Of a stretch of DNA of 64,000 nucleotides, positions 1 through 10,395 are shown one piece after another. The notes beneath the pieces were generated by a model, which saw nothing but the letters and a program-made list of their open reading frames with translations, had not been told where the DNA came from and did not search any database. The DNA lies in NCBI GenBank assembly GCA_963847625.1, contig CAWKAR010000034.1, forward strand, positions 49,358 to 113,357. Reading direction: 5' to 3'. The stretch's first letter is position 1. Every line of letters starts with the position of its first letter. Source of the stretch: a candidate division FCPU426 bacterium (lineage in GTDB: Bacteria > Oederibacteriota > Muellerivitia > Muellerivitales > Muellerivitaceae). The translations under genes were made by a program, and so were the position numbers.

Positions 1-16
1 AGTCGATTTTTGACAT
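1..16 (-). CDS. 5' fragment (MSKID...) of a gene running off the window edge; product unknown
   Basis: ATG at 16-14 preceded by a GAAAGGAAAG RBS-like sequence; lies downstream of the DUF2292 gene on the same strand. Confidence 0.4.
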
Positions 17-160
17 GATTCTTTCCTTTCTAATAATTCATATGTAGGCCCAGGATTATTTCCTGGGGTCTTGCCGGATTTTCCAGTGGACTGGTAAATC
101 GACATTTTGCAGGTTAATCATGGGTCCGGTTCGTCCGGTCCCGTTTTCATTTCCCAAAAA

Positions 161-349
161 CTAAATACCGGCTCCCCCTTCCAATTTCCAAACGTCATCG
201 AAGCGTTTGCGTTCCGTCACCTCGATTTGGATGATTTTTGATTCATGGACCTTAATGGTGACCACCCCATACTCCAGGGACCCGACCGCGTTCCCAATGT
301 CCCGGAGGATGGAATCATTCAGTAATTTCTTGTTTCCTTCCCGAGTCAT
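161..349 (-). CDS. DUF2292/YezD (OscA-like) small protein, typically linked to sulfur-assimilation genes
   Basis: Motif LEYGVVTIKVHESKIIQIEVTERKRF; ATG at 349 preceded by AGGGGAG. Confidence 0.8.
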   Translation of the reverse strand: MTREGNKKLLNDSILRDIGNAVGSLEYGVVTIKVHESKIIQIEVTERKRFDDVWKLEGGAGI

Positions 350-368
350 TGGCTTCTCCCCTTTTTCT

Positions 369-406
369 AAAAAAAATCCCAAACCACTTTGGAGCGGTTT
401 GGGATT
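369..406 (-). terminator. Intrinsic terminator/attenuator of the proximal leader element
   Basis: Minus strand AATCCCAAACCGC-TCCAAA-GTGGTTTGGGATT followed by a T-run, just upstream of the DUF2292 start. Confidence 0.75.
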
Positions 407-411
407 ATGAA

Positions 412-505
412 AGTCTCAATAATCTTTCGCCGCTTTAGCACCCTGTTTTTCCATTTTTGACGGGAAACCGCAAAATGGAACCGGCCGGAGCAAGTTGGTT
501 CAATA
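412..505 (-). ncRNA. Putative riboswitch-like cis-regulatory element, proximal copy
   Basis: CCAACTTGCTCCGGC-[hairpin]-AACAGGGTGCTAAAGCGG...GAGAC; the same blocks recur at 713-805; followed by a terminator. Confidence 0.55.
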
Positions 506-671
506 AAGGGTGTTCCAATCATTCAATTACTAGTTGGAATCACCCTGAATTGCCAGGGGTGAGAAAAAAATATTTCAATTTTTTCCCGAAAAAGCCTTCA
601 TTTTCGGCTTTTCATCCGCCTGTTAAAGTCACGCCGTAAAACCTTCGTTTTAAAATTTTCTGCCGCAAAAC

Positions 672-707
672 AAAAAACCCGCGTCGCTTTTTAAGCGGCT
701 CGGGTTT
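672..707 (-). terminator. Intrinsic terminator/attenuator of the distal leader element
   Basis: Minus strand AAACCCGAGCCGCTT-AA-AAAGCGACGCGGGTTT followed by a T-run. Confidence 0.7.
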
Positions 708-712
708 AGGAG

Positions 713-825
713 TGTCTCGTAAACTTTTACCGCTTTAGCTCCCTGTTGATCCCGTCTCCTTGAAAGCTTCGTCAAGGGCGGGAAACGCCGGGGCAAGTTG
801 GACCTTAACGCCTCGCGTTTAACTT
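713..825 (-). ncRNA. Putative riboswitch-like cis-regulatory element, distal copy
   Basis: CCAACTTGCCCCGGC-[hairpin]-AACAGGGAGCTAAAGCGG...GAGAC; begins right at the predicted transcription start. Confidence 0.55.
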
Positions 826-831
826 GATTGA

Positions 832-860
832 AGTCTACCGTTGGGTCAAAGATTTGTCAA
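832..860 (-). promoter_or_regulatory. sigma70-type promoter
   Basis: TTGACA (860-855), 17-nt spacer, TAGACT (837-832) on the minus strand. Confidence 0.7.
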
Positions 861-918
861 CGGCTGGACAAATTATTTATGTCGAATTTTAATTTCACTA
901 CTCAGGAATAAAAAGTAA

Positions 919-1101
919 CTAAGTTTCGCTTTCGGAACCGCCTTCCAGGATTTCCATGGTTTTCTCTAGGAAACCGTCAGGCAGGACGCGTTTTTTCCTG
1001 GCCCTTATCCAATCCCGGGCCCACATTGAATGGCGATTCAGGAAGTTTAAATCCGCTTGATCCAAGCGGCTCAACCAATCCTCAAAAGATTGATAATCCA
1101 T
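919..1101 (-). CDS. Small hypothetical protein (MDYQSFEDWL...)
   Basis: 60-aa non-overlapping part of ORF 919..1215, following the upstream gene on the same strand. Confidence 0.45.
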   Translation of the reverse strand: MDYQSFEDWLSRLDQADLNFLNRHSMWARDWIRARKKRVLPDGFLEKTMEILEGGSESET

Positions 1102-1150
1102 GGAGCCGTCCGGCCTCAATAATGAATTTTTCGCTTTGGCGTACTCCGAA

Positions 1151-2350
1151 TTAGTTACCCGGATTTCCGCCGGTAGGGTTCCCGTCCGAATCAAACAACG
1201 CGAAGGTTCCATCATTATATTCCAGCATCACCTGCAGGGGTTTGCCGTTGCTGGTGTTGGAAAATTTCACCTTCGTGACGTTCGAACCCAGGAAAGCCGG
1301 TTTGTTATCCACCCCCACGTCCGCCGTGTCATAGAGGAACGCGTCGTTCCCGACGACTTTAACCATCCGGGACCCATCCTGGCTTCGGTATTCCATGGAG
1401 GCGGTTCCGCCCGGCATTTCCGTGTTGGTGGAAGTAGAGGGAACATAACTACCGTTGTTATAAACGCACACAACTTCCGCGCGAGAAGGATCGTTCCACC
1501 ACCAATTACCCCCCCACCAGTAGCACCACCTAAAGGAAACCGGGTCGTACCACCACCAATAATTATTCCAGTGACGGGTCCAGAAATAGGAGCCGCCGAC
1601 GTACCAGCCATACCAGTGGTAACCCCAGGGGTCGTAGTAATGGCAGTAGTTGAAACCGTTGTAGGAATGCCAGTAATAATTATTCCTTACGAGTTCAACG
1701 TTGTTAAAATTGGTGATCTGGGCCCTGAAGGCGATGTTCGTGTTAACCAGGCTCATATGGTTCCGAACCACCAAGTTATTCATGGCCCGAGGCTCGATGA
1801 GGGTGGCGTGCAAGGGACGGCCCTGGGGACCTGAGGTGGGATAGGCAATTTTCGAATGTGCCCGGTCAGCCTGGAGAATTTGATGTTGATCCTTAAAAGC
1901 CGGCGGAAGTTTTTTCACGCCCATACGCTGAAGGGAGGGATTGATCCGCCCCGCCGCGGAATTTTGGCTGTGTTTGAATCCAGCCCCCGCATTCATCGAG
2001 GGATTTTTCCCTGAAGGAACGGGCCGGGACGCGTTGTTAAAATGGTGAAGGGCCGGAGCGCTCTTCATAGCCCCCGAAGTATTCTGGTTTCCACGGGGGG
2101 AGTTATTAAAATGATGCCCTCCTGAAGCCGGAGCGGCTTGGAAATGGGCGCCTCCAGTTTTTCGATTTTGGAAATTCCCGCGGGGTTTGGCTGGGCGGGC
2201 TTTCTTAGGGGACTTCTGGTAATGACCCTTTCCTCCTCCCGACTTGATCCCCCCCCCGCCTTCATCGCCATTGCGTTTTAAATCTTGTCCCTGCGCGGGA
2301 AAACTGACCGCCAAGAAAAGAATCGCTAAAACCGCCCATGTCTTGTTCAT
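1151..2350 (-). CDS. Secreted hypothetical protein with a Gly/basic low-complexity N-terminus and a Trp/Tyr-rich repeat segment
   Basis: Signal peptide MNKTWAVLAILFLAVSFPAQG; segment YYWHSY...WWWYDP...WWWNDP. Confidence 0.75.
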   Translation of the reverse strand: MNKTWAVLAILFLAVSFPAQGQDLKRNGDEGGGGIKSGGGKGHYQKSPKKARPAKPRGNFQNRKTGGAHFQAAPASGGHHFNNSPRGNQNTSGAMKSAPALHHFNNASRPVPSGKNPSMNAGAGFKHSQNSAAGRINPSLQRMGVKKLPPAFKDQHQILQADRAHSKIAYPTSGPQGRPLHATLIEPRAMNNLVVRNHMSLVNTNIAFRAQITNFNNVELVRNNYYWHSYNGFNYCHYYDPWGYHWYGWYVGGSYFWTRHWNNYWWWYDPVSFRWCYWWGGNWWWNDPSRAEVVCVYNNGSYVPSTSTNTEMPGGTASMEYRSQDGSRMVKVVGNDAFLYDTADVGVDNKPAFLGSNVTKVKFSNTSNGKPLQVMLEYNDGTFALFDSDGNPTGGNPGN

Positions 2351-2805
2351 AGTTTTTCCACCTTGATTTTTTCTATTCTCACCATAGATTCATGGCGTCA
2401 TCCGGAAAACCTCTATCTCATTCTTTGCCTATTTAGACGATTGAAAGAGCCTGGTAGTTTCGGTGAGCAGATCGAGACAGGTTTGAAAACCCTTTAAAAA
2501 TCGACCACACTCGCTATTGTTTATATGAAATCGTCTTATCAAGGCAGTTATAACCTTTAGAAATATCTTGCTTATCATACGTCATTCAACAATCCAGGGA
2601 GTTATTAAAAAGTCGCTAGAGGCCGAACTGGCATTTCCTTTCTTTGGTCAGATGGACATATTACGAACCGATTCATTCCGCGTTAATTTTTTAAAGCCCC
2701 CCTGGCGGTGAAAGAGGAAAAGTTTCTTTAGGCATTGTTGTTTCAATATTTCCTTTTAAGTTATAATACGACCCGCTCTCATAACCGAAAGGATCATCAA
2801 GACTC

Positions 2806-3939
2806 ATGAAAATCCTCCTGGCTCCGGACAAATTCAAGGAAGTATTAACAGCACAGGAACTTTCCGAAATCCTTCGGAACTTGATCCAAAAAAAGGTCCC
2901 CCAGGCCCAAATCCGCTTGTGCCCGGTTGCCGACGGGGGGGAAGGAACCCTCAATTCAATCATTTACCTTTTGAAGGGAAAATTGTTCACGGAAACGGTT
3001 TACGATCCCCTCATGCGGCCCAAGCAGGCCCAATATGGGATGGCTGATCTTCCTAAGAAAGGAACAGCCATTGTGGAAATGTCCCTGGCTTCCGGTCTTT
3101 ATCACCTGACCCCAGCGGAAAGGAATCCGTTGGAAACCACCAGCTACGGGGTGGGTGAGTTGGTGGGCAACGCGGTCAAGCACGGCGCTACCCAAATAAA
3201 AATATTCATGGGTGGAAGCGCCACAGTGGACGGGGGCCTGGGTTTTCTTCAAGCCTTGGGCGCGATCCCAAGGGGAAGAAGTTCCCTTCCAAAAGGCCTA
3301 TCCGGTAAACACCTTTCTTCCATTCTTTCAATCGATTTGGCCCCGGCCATTTTTCTTTTAAACGGCGTAACTTTGACTGGGCTCGTCGATGTCCAGGTTC
3401 CGTTATTGGGTGACCATGGTGCCGCCCGATTTTTCGGGCCTCAAAAGGGCGCTACCCCAGAGATGGTTGAAGAATTGGAAAAGGGTCTTTTTCACTGGGA
3501 AACAGTCCTCTCGGAAGCCTCCGGGCAATTATTGAAAAACAACCCACGCTCCGGTGCGGCAGGCGGATTGGGCATGGCCATACTGGCTTTGGGCGGATCA
3601 TTGGAAAAGGGTTTCGATTTCGTCGCCCAAACCTTGAAGTTGGAGGACCAAATGCGGGAATGCGATTTGGTCATTACAGGAGAGGGCTGGCTCGATTCAA
3701 CCAGCCGTGAAGGCAAAGCACCGGTAGCCGTAGCCCGGATCGCGAAAAAACTGGGAATTCCTTGCGTGGTTATCGCCGGAACCGTCGATTCGGAAGTAAA
3801 ATGGCTTTCCGAAGAGGGTATTTCGAAGGCCTACTCCCTTTTCGACACTCCTTTCGTAACCGACGATCCCCGCAAGCCTCAAGTTCCCCAGCGTTTGGCC
3901 GATATCATCTCCAAAATTTTTCCTCAAGGGAATATTTAA
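2806..3939 (+). CDS. glxK: Glycerate kinase
   Basis: Motifs APDKFKE, PVADGGEGT, GGSATVDGGLG, FGPQKGA, GAAGGLG, VITGEG. Confidence 0.95.
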   Translation: MKILLAPDKFKEVLTAQELSEILRNLIQKKVPQAQIRLCPVADGGEGTLNSIIYLLKGKLFTETVYDPLMRPKQAQYGMADLPKKGTAIVEMSLASGLYHLTPAERNPLETTSYGVGELVGNAVKHGATQIKIFMGGSATVDGGLGFLQALGAIPRGRSSLPKGLSGKHLSSILSIDLAPAIFLLNGVTLTGLVDVQVPLLGDHGAARFFGPQKGATPEMVEELEKGLFHWETVLSEASGQLLKNNPRSGAAGGLGMAILALGGSLEKGFDFVAQTLKLEDQMRECDLVITGEGWLDSTSREGKAPVAVARIAKKLGIPCVVIAGTVDSEVKWLSEEGISKAYSLFDTPFVTDDPRKPQVPQRLADIISKIFPQGNI

Positions 3940-4095
3940 TTTATTTCGGATTCTTTTAGGGCAGAAAACCTTTCATCCAAATTCCCCCACCTCATAATCC
4001 CCAAATGCAAAATGGTAAACAAACTCATAAAAGTTGAAAGTTTTCAGGGAAAAGCGAGAAAGAAACTTCTAAAAAAGCGGGTTAAACCGGCGGGT

Positions 4096-7000
4096 TTATT
4101 TCAGGATTAATACCTTAAACACCTTGTTCATCCGTTGGGTTCCGCTCATTTCCACCCTTAGGTAATAAAGTCCATCCGACACTTGTTTGCGGTATTGATC
4201 CTTCAAATCCCATTCGATGATTCCATCGTTCGTGAGCTGTATTTCCCCACTCACCACCTTCCGGAAGGACAACGTAAATACAGACCATTTCACGACGGTC
4301 GTCCCTGGTACCCACACATGCACTGACACAGGGCCATTCACCACGGGGTTTGGATAGGGACCCACGCATGTTGGCTGGGCAACCGGTGTCGACGTAGTGG
4401 TTGCCGCCGGCGCCGCCACATCCACTACCGCGCCCGTAACCGGCAATCCGCTGATATTTACAGGCTGGCCGTTAGTTCCCGCCGCTTCCACTGCGCTTAC
4501 TTGGTATGTCCCCGACGCCGTGATAGAGAATCCGGTCACCACCGTGAAGGTCACGCTTCCGGAGCCGACCAAAGGATCGTTAAAGGTAAAGGTGGCCGTC
4601 CCACTGTTTAAGCTGCCATTGGCAACCAGTACACCGTTTGCAAATAGCGTTACAGGGTTTATATCAATTGGGTTTCCAGTTCCCGATGCCGCTAGACTCA
4701 AGCTGGTCAGGGTGACAGTGGTTGAACTCGGATTGGTAAATAGGACTTGGAGAACCGTTACTCCCGTTGCGCCGGGAATCTGGGTCGTCGGGGCCGAGAT
4801 AATGGGAGTGGCCAATACGGCGACGATGGTTTTCGTGCTGGTTGGTGTGACTGTGGGCGTTGCTGTAAAGGTCCAGGCCGGCGTCAAGGTCGGGGTTGGG
4901 CTCAAGGTGTTTGTAGGCGTGTTCGTGGGTGACTGAGTCCCCGTCAAGGTGCGGGTTGGCGTGAGGGTATAGGCGGGTGTATTGGTCGGGGTATTCGTAG
5001 GCGTAGGGGTTGGTGTCGTCGTCGGAGTGGGAGTAAATGTGGGAGTAGGTGTCTTCGTCGGTGTGTTTGTGGGTGTCGGCGTGGATGTTGTCGTCGGTGT
5101 GGGAGTAAATGTGGGAGTGTTTGTCGGAGTGGGTGTCGGGGTCGGGCTCAAGGTGTTTGTAGGCGTACTCGTGGGTGACTGAGTCCCCGTCGGACTGAAG
5201 GTCGGCGTCAGGGTAATCGTTGGAGTGTTTGTCGTGGTCAGAGTAGGGGTTATGGTAGGCGTTGGGGTCGAAGTAGGCGTGGGCGTCCTCGTTAGCGTTG
5301 GCGTCGGGGTCGGGGTATTGGTCGACGTGGGAGTAGGAGTTGTTGTAAGCGTGAGCGTTGGTGTTGGAGTTGGCGTTCTCGTCGGTGTGTTCGTCGGTGT
5401 CGACGTGGGTGTTATTGTCGGGGTCGGGCTTGGGGTGTTCGTGGTCGTTGGTGTCAAGGTATTGGTTAACGTAGGAGTTGGGGTTGTTGTAGGCGTGGGC
5501 GTCCTCGTTGGTGTTGGCGTAGTCGTCGGGGTAGGCGTGGGAGTAGACGTGTTGGTAGGCGTCGGGGTTGGAGTCCGGGTCGGAGTGACCGTGGGAGTGT
5601 CCGTGGGTGACTGAGTCCCCGTCGGGCTGAGGGTCGGCGTAGAGGTAATCGACGGGGTATTTGTCGGGGTCAGTGTATGGGTTATGGTAGGAGTTGGGGT
5701 CGGAGTAGGTGTGGTTGTCCTCGTTGGCGTTAACGTCGGGGTCGGGGTATTGGTTGGCGTAGGAGTAGGGGTTGTTGTAAGCGTAGGCGTTAGTGTAGGA
5801 GTTGGTGTTCGCGTCGGGGTGTTCGTTGGTGTCGGCGTGGGTGTCATCGTTGGAGTCGGGCTTGGCGTGTTCGTGAGTGTCGGTGTCGAGGTATAGGTTA
5901 GTGTAGGAGTGGGGGTTGATGTAGGCGTGAGTGTTGGTGTTGGAGTTGGCGTTCTCGTCGGTGTGTTCGTCGAGGTCGGGGTGGGTGTAGTCGTCGAGGT
6001 CGATGTTGGCGTATTAGTTGGCGTTGTCGTTGGGGTAAGTGTGGGAGTGGGAGTAGGCGTATTAGTAGAAGTTGGGGTCAGGGTCCGGGTCGGGGTGACC
6101 GTGGGAGTGTTCGTGGGTGACTGAGTTCCTGTCGGGCTGAGGGTCGGCGAGGGGGTGACAGTTGGAGTGTTTGTTGGGGTCGGTGTAGAGGTTATGGTAG
6201 ACGTTGGGGTTGGAGTCGATGTGGGTGTCCTCGTCAGTGTGTTTGTGGGCGTAGGGGTCGGAGTATTTGTCGCCGTGAACGTAAGTGTCGTCGTTGGGGT
6301 CGGAGTGGGTGTGGGCGTCCTTGTCAGGGTGTTCGTTGGCGTAAGCGTAGATGATAACGTCGGGGTCGGCGTAGGGGTTACGGTAGACGTGGCTGTTAGT
6401 GTGGGTGTAGGAGTTCTTGTGGGCGTATACGTCGAGGTTGGAGTAGGTGTCGGCGTCAGAGTTGGGGTTGGCGTATTCGTTGACGTTGTTGTTGGGCTAG
6501 ACGTGGAAGTGGGAGTCAATGTGGGAGTAGGCGTTCTCGTCGGTGTCGGGGTGGGTGTCGCCGTAGGGGTCTGACTTAGCGTGTTCGTGGACGTCGGAGT
6601 CGGGGTATTGGTCGGGGTAGGAGTGGGGGTTGTTGTAGGCGTGAAAGTTGGTGTGGGAGTAGGTGTTCTGGTGAGCGTGTTCGTCGGGGTTGAGGTGGGT
6701 GTCATCGTCGGGGTGTTCGTCGGTGTGGGTGAGGATGTAATGGTAGGAGTGTTCGTGGGCGTGGGAGTCGGTGTCCGGGTCAAGGTGACCGTGGGAGTAT
6801 TCGTGGGTGACTGGGTGCCCGTCGGGCTGAGGGTCGGGGTTGGGGTGATCGTTGGAGTGTTTGTTGGGGTCGGTGTAGAGGTTATGGTAGACGTTGGGGT
6901 TGGAGTCGATGTAGGTGTCCTCGTCAGTGTGTTTGTGGGCGTAGGAGTCGGAGTATTCGTCGCCGTGAACGTAAGTGTCGTCGTTGGGGTCGGAGTGGGT

Positions 7001-10000
7001 GTAGGCGTCCTGGTAGGCGTGTGGGTCGACGTTGGCGTTGTCGTTGGGGTGGAAGTATAGGTAGGTGTAGGCGTAGGGGTTGTTGTGGGGGTTGGCGTGG
7101 GTGTTGGAGTAGCGGTCCTCGTCGGCGTAGACGTGGGTGTGATCGTAGATGTGGGAGTCAGGGTAACCGTCGATGTCGGTGTAAATGTTATGGTGGATGT
7201 ATTCGTAGGTGTCGGGGTCGGTGTCCGAGTAGGGGTGGAAGTTGGGCTATTCGCCTGTGTGGGAGTGGGCGAAACTGTTGGTGTCAAGGTCGGGGTGCTT
7301 GTTGGCGTTGGGGTGGGTGTCCGGGTCGGGGTGATAGTGGGTGTATAGGTTGACGTAGGAGTGGGCGAGATTGTCGGTGTCAAGGTCGGAGTGCTTGTTG
7401 GCGTTGGGGTGGGTGTCCGGGTCGGGGTGATAGTGGGAGTATTAGTCGGCATGGGGGTGGTCGAGACTGTTGGTGTCGGAGTCGGGGTGTTAGTCGGAGT
7501 GGGCGTTGGCGTCCGAGTTGGAGTAGGTGTGAGACTATTCGTCTGAGTGGAAGTAGGCGAAACAGTCGGCGTCCGGGTCGGGGTGATAGTGGGAGTATTA
7601 GTCGGCGTGGGGGTGGTCGAGACTGTCGGTGTCGGAGTCGGGGTGTTAGTCGGAGTAGGCGTTGGCGTCCGGGTCGGGGTGTTCGTGGGTGTATAGGTTG
7701 ACGTAAGAGTGGGCGAGACTGTCGGCGTCGGAGTCGAGGTGTTAGTTAGAGTGGGTGTATTCGTCCGGGTCGGGGTGGAAGTTGGGCTATTCGTCTGTGT
7801 GGGAGTGGGCGAAACTGTTGGTGTCAAGGTCGGGGTGCTTGTTGGCGTTGGGGTGGGTGTCCGGGTCGGGGTGTTCGTGGGTGTATAGGTTGACGTAAGA
7901 GTGGGCGAGACTGTCGGCGTCGGAGTCGAGGTGTTAGTCAGAGTGGGTGTATTCGTCCGGGTCGGGGTGGAAGTTGGGCTATTCGTCTGAGTGGAAGTAG
8001 GTGAAACTGTCGGCGTTCGGGTCGGAGTGATAGTAGTTGTATAGGTCGACGTAGGAGCGGGCGAGACTGTCGGTGTCGGGGTCGGGGTGCTCGTTGGCGT
8101 TGGAGTGGGGGTCCGGGTCGGGGTGTTCGTGGGTGTATAGGTTGACGTAAGAGTGGGCGAGACTGTCGGCGTCGGAGTCGAGGTGTTAGTCAGAGTGGGT
8201 GTATTCGTCCGGGTCGGGGTGGAAGTTGGGCTATTCGTCTGAGTGGAAGTAGGTGAAACTGTCGGCGTCCGGGTCGGAGTGATAGTAGTTGTATAGGTCG
8301 ACGTAGGAGTGGGCGAGACTGTCGGTGTCGGGGTATTGGTGGGGGTATTTGTTCGAGTGTTGGTTATAGTATTGGTCATGGTTAGTGTAGAGGTTCTGGT
8401 AAAGGTCGGTGTGTTCACGGGCTGGGTAAAGGTCCATGTCGGGGTATAGGTATAGGTAAAGGTGCGGGTTTGGGTGAATGTATAGGTATAGGTGGGAGTG
8501 GCCGTAAGACAGACCATGGTCGTAGAGATGGTATTGCTAGTCACGGGGCCCCCTCCCTGCCATGAGATCGACCCGTAATCCGTCATCACCTGGCAGGACT
8601 GGGTGGCAGAAAAACCATTATTTTGAACGTATAAAGGTATCGTCACGCAGGCCCCCCCGGGGATCGAGCTGACCGTCCAAGTCGTGGGGAAACTTTGGTT
8701 TAATGGGTTAATCGTGATGGGGTTTCCTCCCACCGTTACCGTCCAGGAACTGTAATTGGGCCCATCGAAAGTCATCCAATTGTAGTTCGTAGTCACGTCG
8801 GTCACGGTCGCCGGAGCCGGCGCAGATGATCCCGATGCGTTACACAGGGTAAAGGTCAGGGTGATGGGACCTCCGGTACTGTAACCCGATGTCGGCCCGC
8901 CGGTAGTCTTGGTAAAGGTGATGCTTGGCGGTTTAGGCGTGGCGGTAATAGTCGGGGTCGGAACGGGCGAACTGCACGCGGCATAAGGACTGGAAAGCCA
9001 GGTGGATACCGCCGATCCCCAGGTACTGTTGGTGACCCAGCCGGTCAGAAGGTTGGGGCAGGAGTTGGTGGACAGGGACCAAGCCGTGCCGCCCATCACT
9101 CCGCTTGTGCCATCGATCCAGGATTCGATAGCGGAGTCAAAAGAGCTGTTATCCTGGTTGCAGTTGGTATAGGGGCCGAATTCACCTACAAAAGCCGGAT
9201 GACCGGCCAGGAGGGAACTGGGCACCTCGGCGTTCCAACTAACCGCCGAATTGCCGTCATTGCTCCCGTAAAGATGCACACCCATCATAATCCCGTTTCC
9301 GACATTGGTTACGGAACCGGCGGGATAGCCGTTCAAATTGGCGCACCAGTGCAAGCCCCCCAAAACGCAGACATTGTTAGCGCCGGCGGACCTCACCGCA
9401 TTCAATAGCTTTTGCATGCCGGGCGTGGTAAAGGAAGCGCCTCCGAGCGTGCCGCCGTTGAGCCAAGTGTTGTAGCCGGTCGTATCGGTGACGACCGGCG
9501 GGCCCAGGTTATCGTTGCCGTTATCGTAGGGTTCGTTGTAAAGGTCGAAGAGGACGGCCGGATTATTTGCATAAGCCGCCGCAACCGAACTCCAAAAGGT
9601 GACTGCGTTTTGATCCGCCATGGCTTGCTGAGCTGTGGCTCCCCCCCATCCGCTGCCGCAGGGGGCTGAGGCCGTGGAAGAAGTTCCTGACCAATGCAGG
9701 TCCAAAAGCACGTAGACGTTTTGTCCCGAGCAATAGCTGACAATGGAGGACACGATTCCCTGGTACGCGGACGCCGTGGGCGACCCGTTTCCGTTAGAAC
9801 AACCGAACCAAAAGTCCTGGGCGAGTGGAAGCCGGATGATGGAGCATTTCCAGCCTGTCACCGCCTCCTGCGCCAACTGCAGGGTATCACCTCCATTGCC
9901 GAAACCGCCTCCGCTTATGGGGCCGTAACCAGTTGGGGAAAATTCCAGGCCATCGACATCCACACCTTTTAAGTGCACAACGCAACTGCCGCTAGTTTCA

Positions 10001-10323
10001 AGGTTGGCCCCCACGACTGAAAGGGCCGACGGTGCCGCATGGATCGGCGTGGTTGAATGAAGCCAGAGCAGGAACCCCATGGCCAATGCCAACAGGATTG
10101 CTTGAGTTTTTTGATTTTCAAAAAACGATTTTATTTGACAATAAAAAAAAGCGTTAAATGCGGAAACATTGCTTTTTTGGATAGAAGAGATAACTTGTTG
10201 TTGGATTTGGCCGAAAGAAACTAAAACGCTTTTACGGGATTTCACGGGGGTACGGCTCAAACCATAATTGATTTGGCTTTGTTTATCTTTTCCTAAAACC
10301 AATTTTATAATGGTCCAATTCAA
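4096..10323 (-). CDS. Secreted GH5 glycoside hydrolase (cellulase family) with a ~1200-aa Thr/Pro linker and a C-terminal FlgD-Ig/T9SS-CTD-like domain; true start may be downstream
   Basis: GH5 motifs IIRLPL, LLDLHW, FDLYNEP (acid/base), HLY, FVGEFG (nucleophile); TPT repeats; C-terminal PYPNP...WDLKD...SDGLYYL. Confidence 0.85.
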   Translation of the reverse strand: MNWTIIKLVLGKDKQSQINYGLSRTPVKSRKSVLVSFGQIQQQVISSIQKSNVSAFNAFFYCQIKSFFENQKTQAILLALAMGFLLWLHSTTPIHAAPSALSVVGANLETSGSCVVHLKGVDVDGLEFSPTGYGPISGGGFGNGGDTLQLAQEAVTGWKCSIIRLPLAQDFWFGCSNGNGSPTASAYQGIVSSIVSYCSGQNVYVLLDLHWSGTSSTASAPCGSGWGGATAQQAMADQNAVTFWSSVAAAYANNPAVLFDLYNEPYDNGNDNLGPPVVTDTTGYNTWLNGGTLGGASFTTPGMQKLLNAVRSAGANNVCVLGGLHWCANLNGYPAGSVTNVGNGIMMGVHLYGSNDGNSAVSWNAEVPSSLLAGHPAFVGEFGPYTNCNQDNSSFDSAIESWIDGTSGVMGGTAWSLSTNSCPNLLTGWVTNSTWGSAVSTWLSSPYAACSSPVPTPTITATPKPPSITFTKTTGGPTSGYSTGGPITLTFTLCNASGSSAPAPATVTDVTTNYNWMTFDGPNYSSWTVTVGGNPITINPLNQSFPTTWTVSSIPGGACVTIPLYVQNNGFSATQSCQVMTDYGSISWQGGGPVTSNTISTTMVCLTATPTYTYTFTQTRTFTYTYTPTWTFTQPVNTPTFTRTSTLTMTNTITNTRTNTPTNTPTPTVSPTPTSTYTTTITPTRTPTVSPTSTQTNSPTSTPTRTNTPTLTNTSTPTPTVSPTLTSTYTPTNTPTRTPTPTPTSTPTPTPTVSPAPTSTYTTTITPTRTPTVSPTSTQTNSPTSTPTRTNTPTLTNTSTPTPTVSPTLTSTYTPTNTPTRTPTPTPTSTPTLTPTVSPTPTQTNSPTSTPTRTNTPTLTNTSTPTPTVSPTLTSTYTPTNTPTRTPTPTPTNTPTPTPTVSTTPTPTNTPTITPTRTPTVSPTSTQTNSLTPTPTRTPTPTPTNTPTPTPTVSTTPMPTNTPTITPTRTPTPTPTSTPTLTPTISPTPTSTYTPTITPTRTPTPTPTSTPTLTPTVSPTPTQANSPTSTPTRTPTPTPTNTSTITFTPTSTVTLTPTSTITPTSTPTRTATPTPTPTPTTTPTPTPTYTSTPTTTPTSTHTPTRTPTPTPTPTTTLTFTATNTPTPTPTNTLTRTPTSTPTPTSTITSTPTPTNTPTITPTPTLSPTGTQSPTNTPTVTLTRTPTPTPTNTPTITSSPTPTNTPTMTPTSTPTNTLTRTPTPTPTFTPTTTPTPTPTNTPTPTSTNTLSQTPTATPTPTPTRTPTPTLTPTSTSSPTTTSTNTPTPTLTPTPTPTSTYTPTRTPTPTLTATSTVTPTPTPTLSSTLTPTNTLTRTPTPTPTPTTTLTFTATNTPTPTPTNTLTRTPTSTPTPTSTITSTPTPTNTPTVTPSPTLSPTGTQSPTNTPTVTPTRTLTPTSTNTPTPTPTLTPTTTPTNTPTSTSTTTPTPTSTNTPTRTPTPTPTLTPTSTPTPTLTYTSTPTLTNTPSPTPTMTPTPTPTNTPTRTPTPTLTPTLTTTPTPTPTNTPTPTLTPTRTTTPTPTPTPTITHTLTPTNTPSITSTPTLSPTGTQSPTDTPTVTPTRTPTPTPTNTSTPTPTPTTTPTPTRTPTPTTTPTPTLTNTLTPTTTNTPSPTPTITPTSTPTNTPTRTPTPTPTLTLTTTPTPTSTNTPTPTPTLTRTPTPTSTPTPTITPTLTTTNTPTITLTPTFSPTGTQSPTSTPTNTLSPTPTPTPTNTPTFTPTPTTTSTPTPTNTPTKTPTPTFTPTPTTTPTPTPTNTPTNTPAYTLTPTRTLTGTQSPTNTPTNTLSPTPTLTPAWTFTATPTVTPTSTKTIVAVLATPIISAPTTQIPGATGVTVLQVLFTNPSSTTVTLTSLSLAASGTGNPIDINPVTLFANGVLVANGSLNSGTATFTFNDPLVGSGSVTFTVVTGFSITASGTYQVSAVEAAGTNGQPVNISGLPVTGAVVDVAAPAATTTSTPVAQPTCVGPYPNPVVNGPVSVHVWVPGTTVVKWSVFTLSFRKVVSGEIQLTNDGIIEWDLKDQYRKQVSDGLYYLRVEMSGTQRMNKVFKVLILK

Positions 10324-10395
10324 AACCCCACCTGATTCCGAGATCCTGATAACCTCTTATCATTTTATTGCTAAAAATCCTCTTTTTCAATGCTC

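Noticed and set aside
412..825. SAM-I or T-box assignment for the leader elements
   Set aside because: No ATC-AGAG P1/J1-2 or GCAACC of SAM-I, and no UGGNACC T-box bulge.
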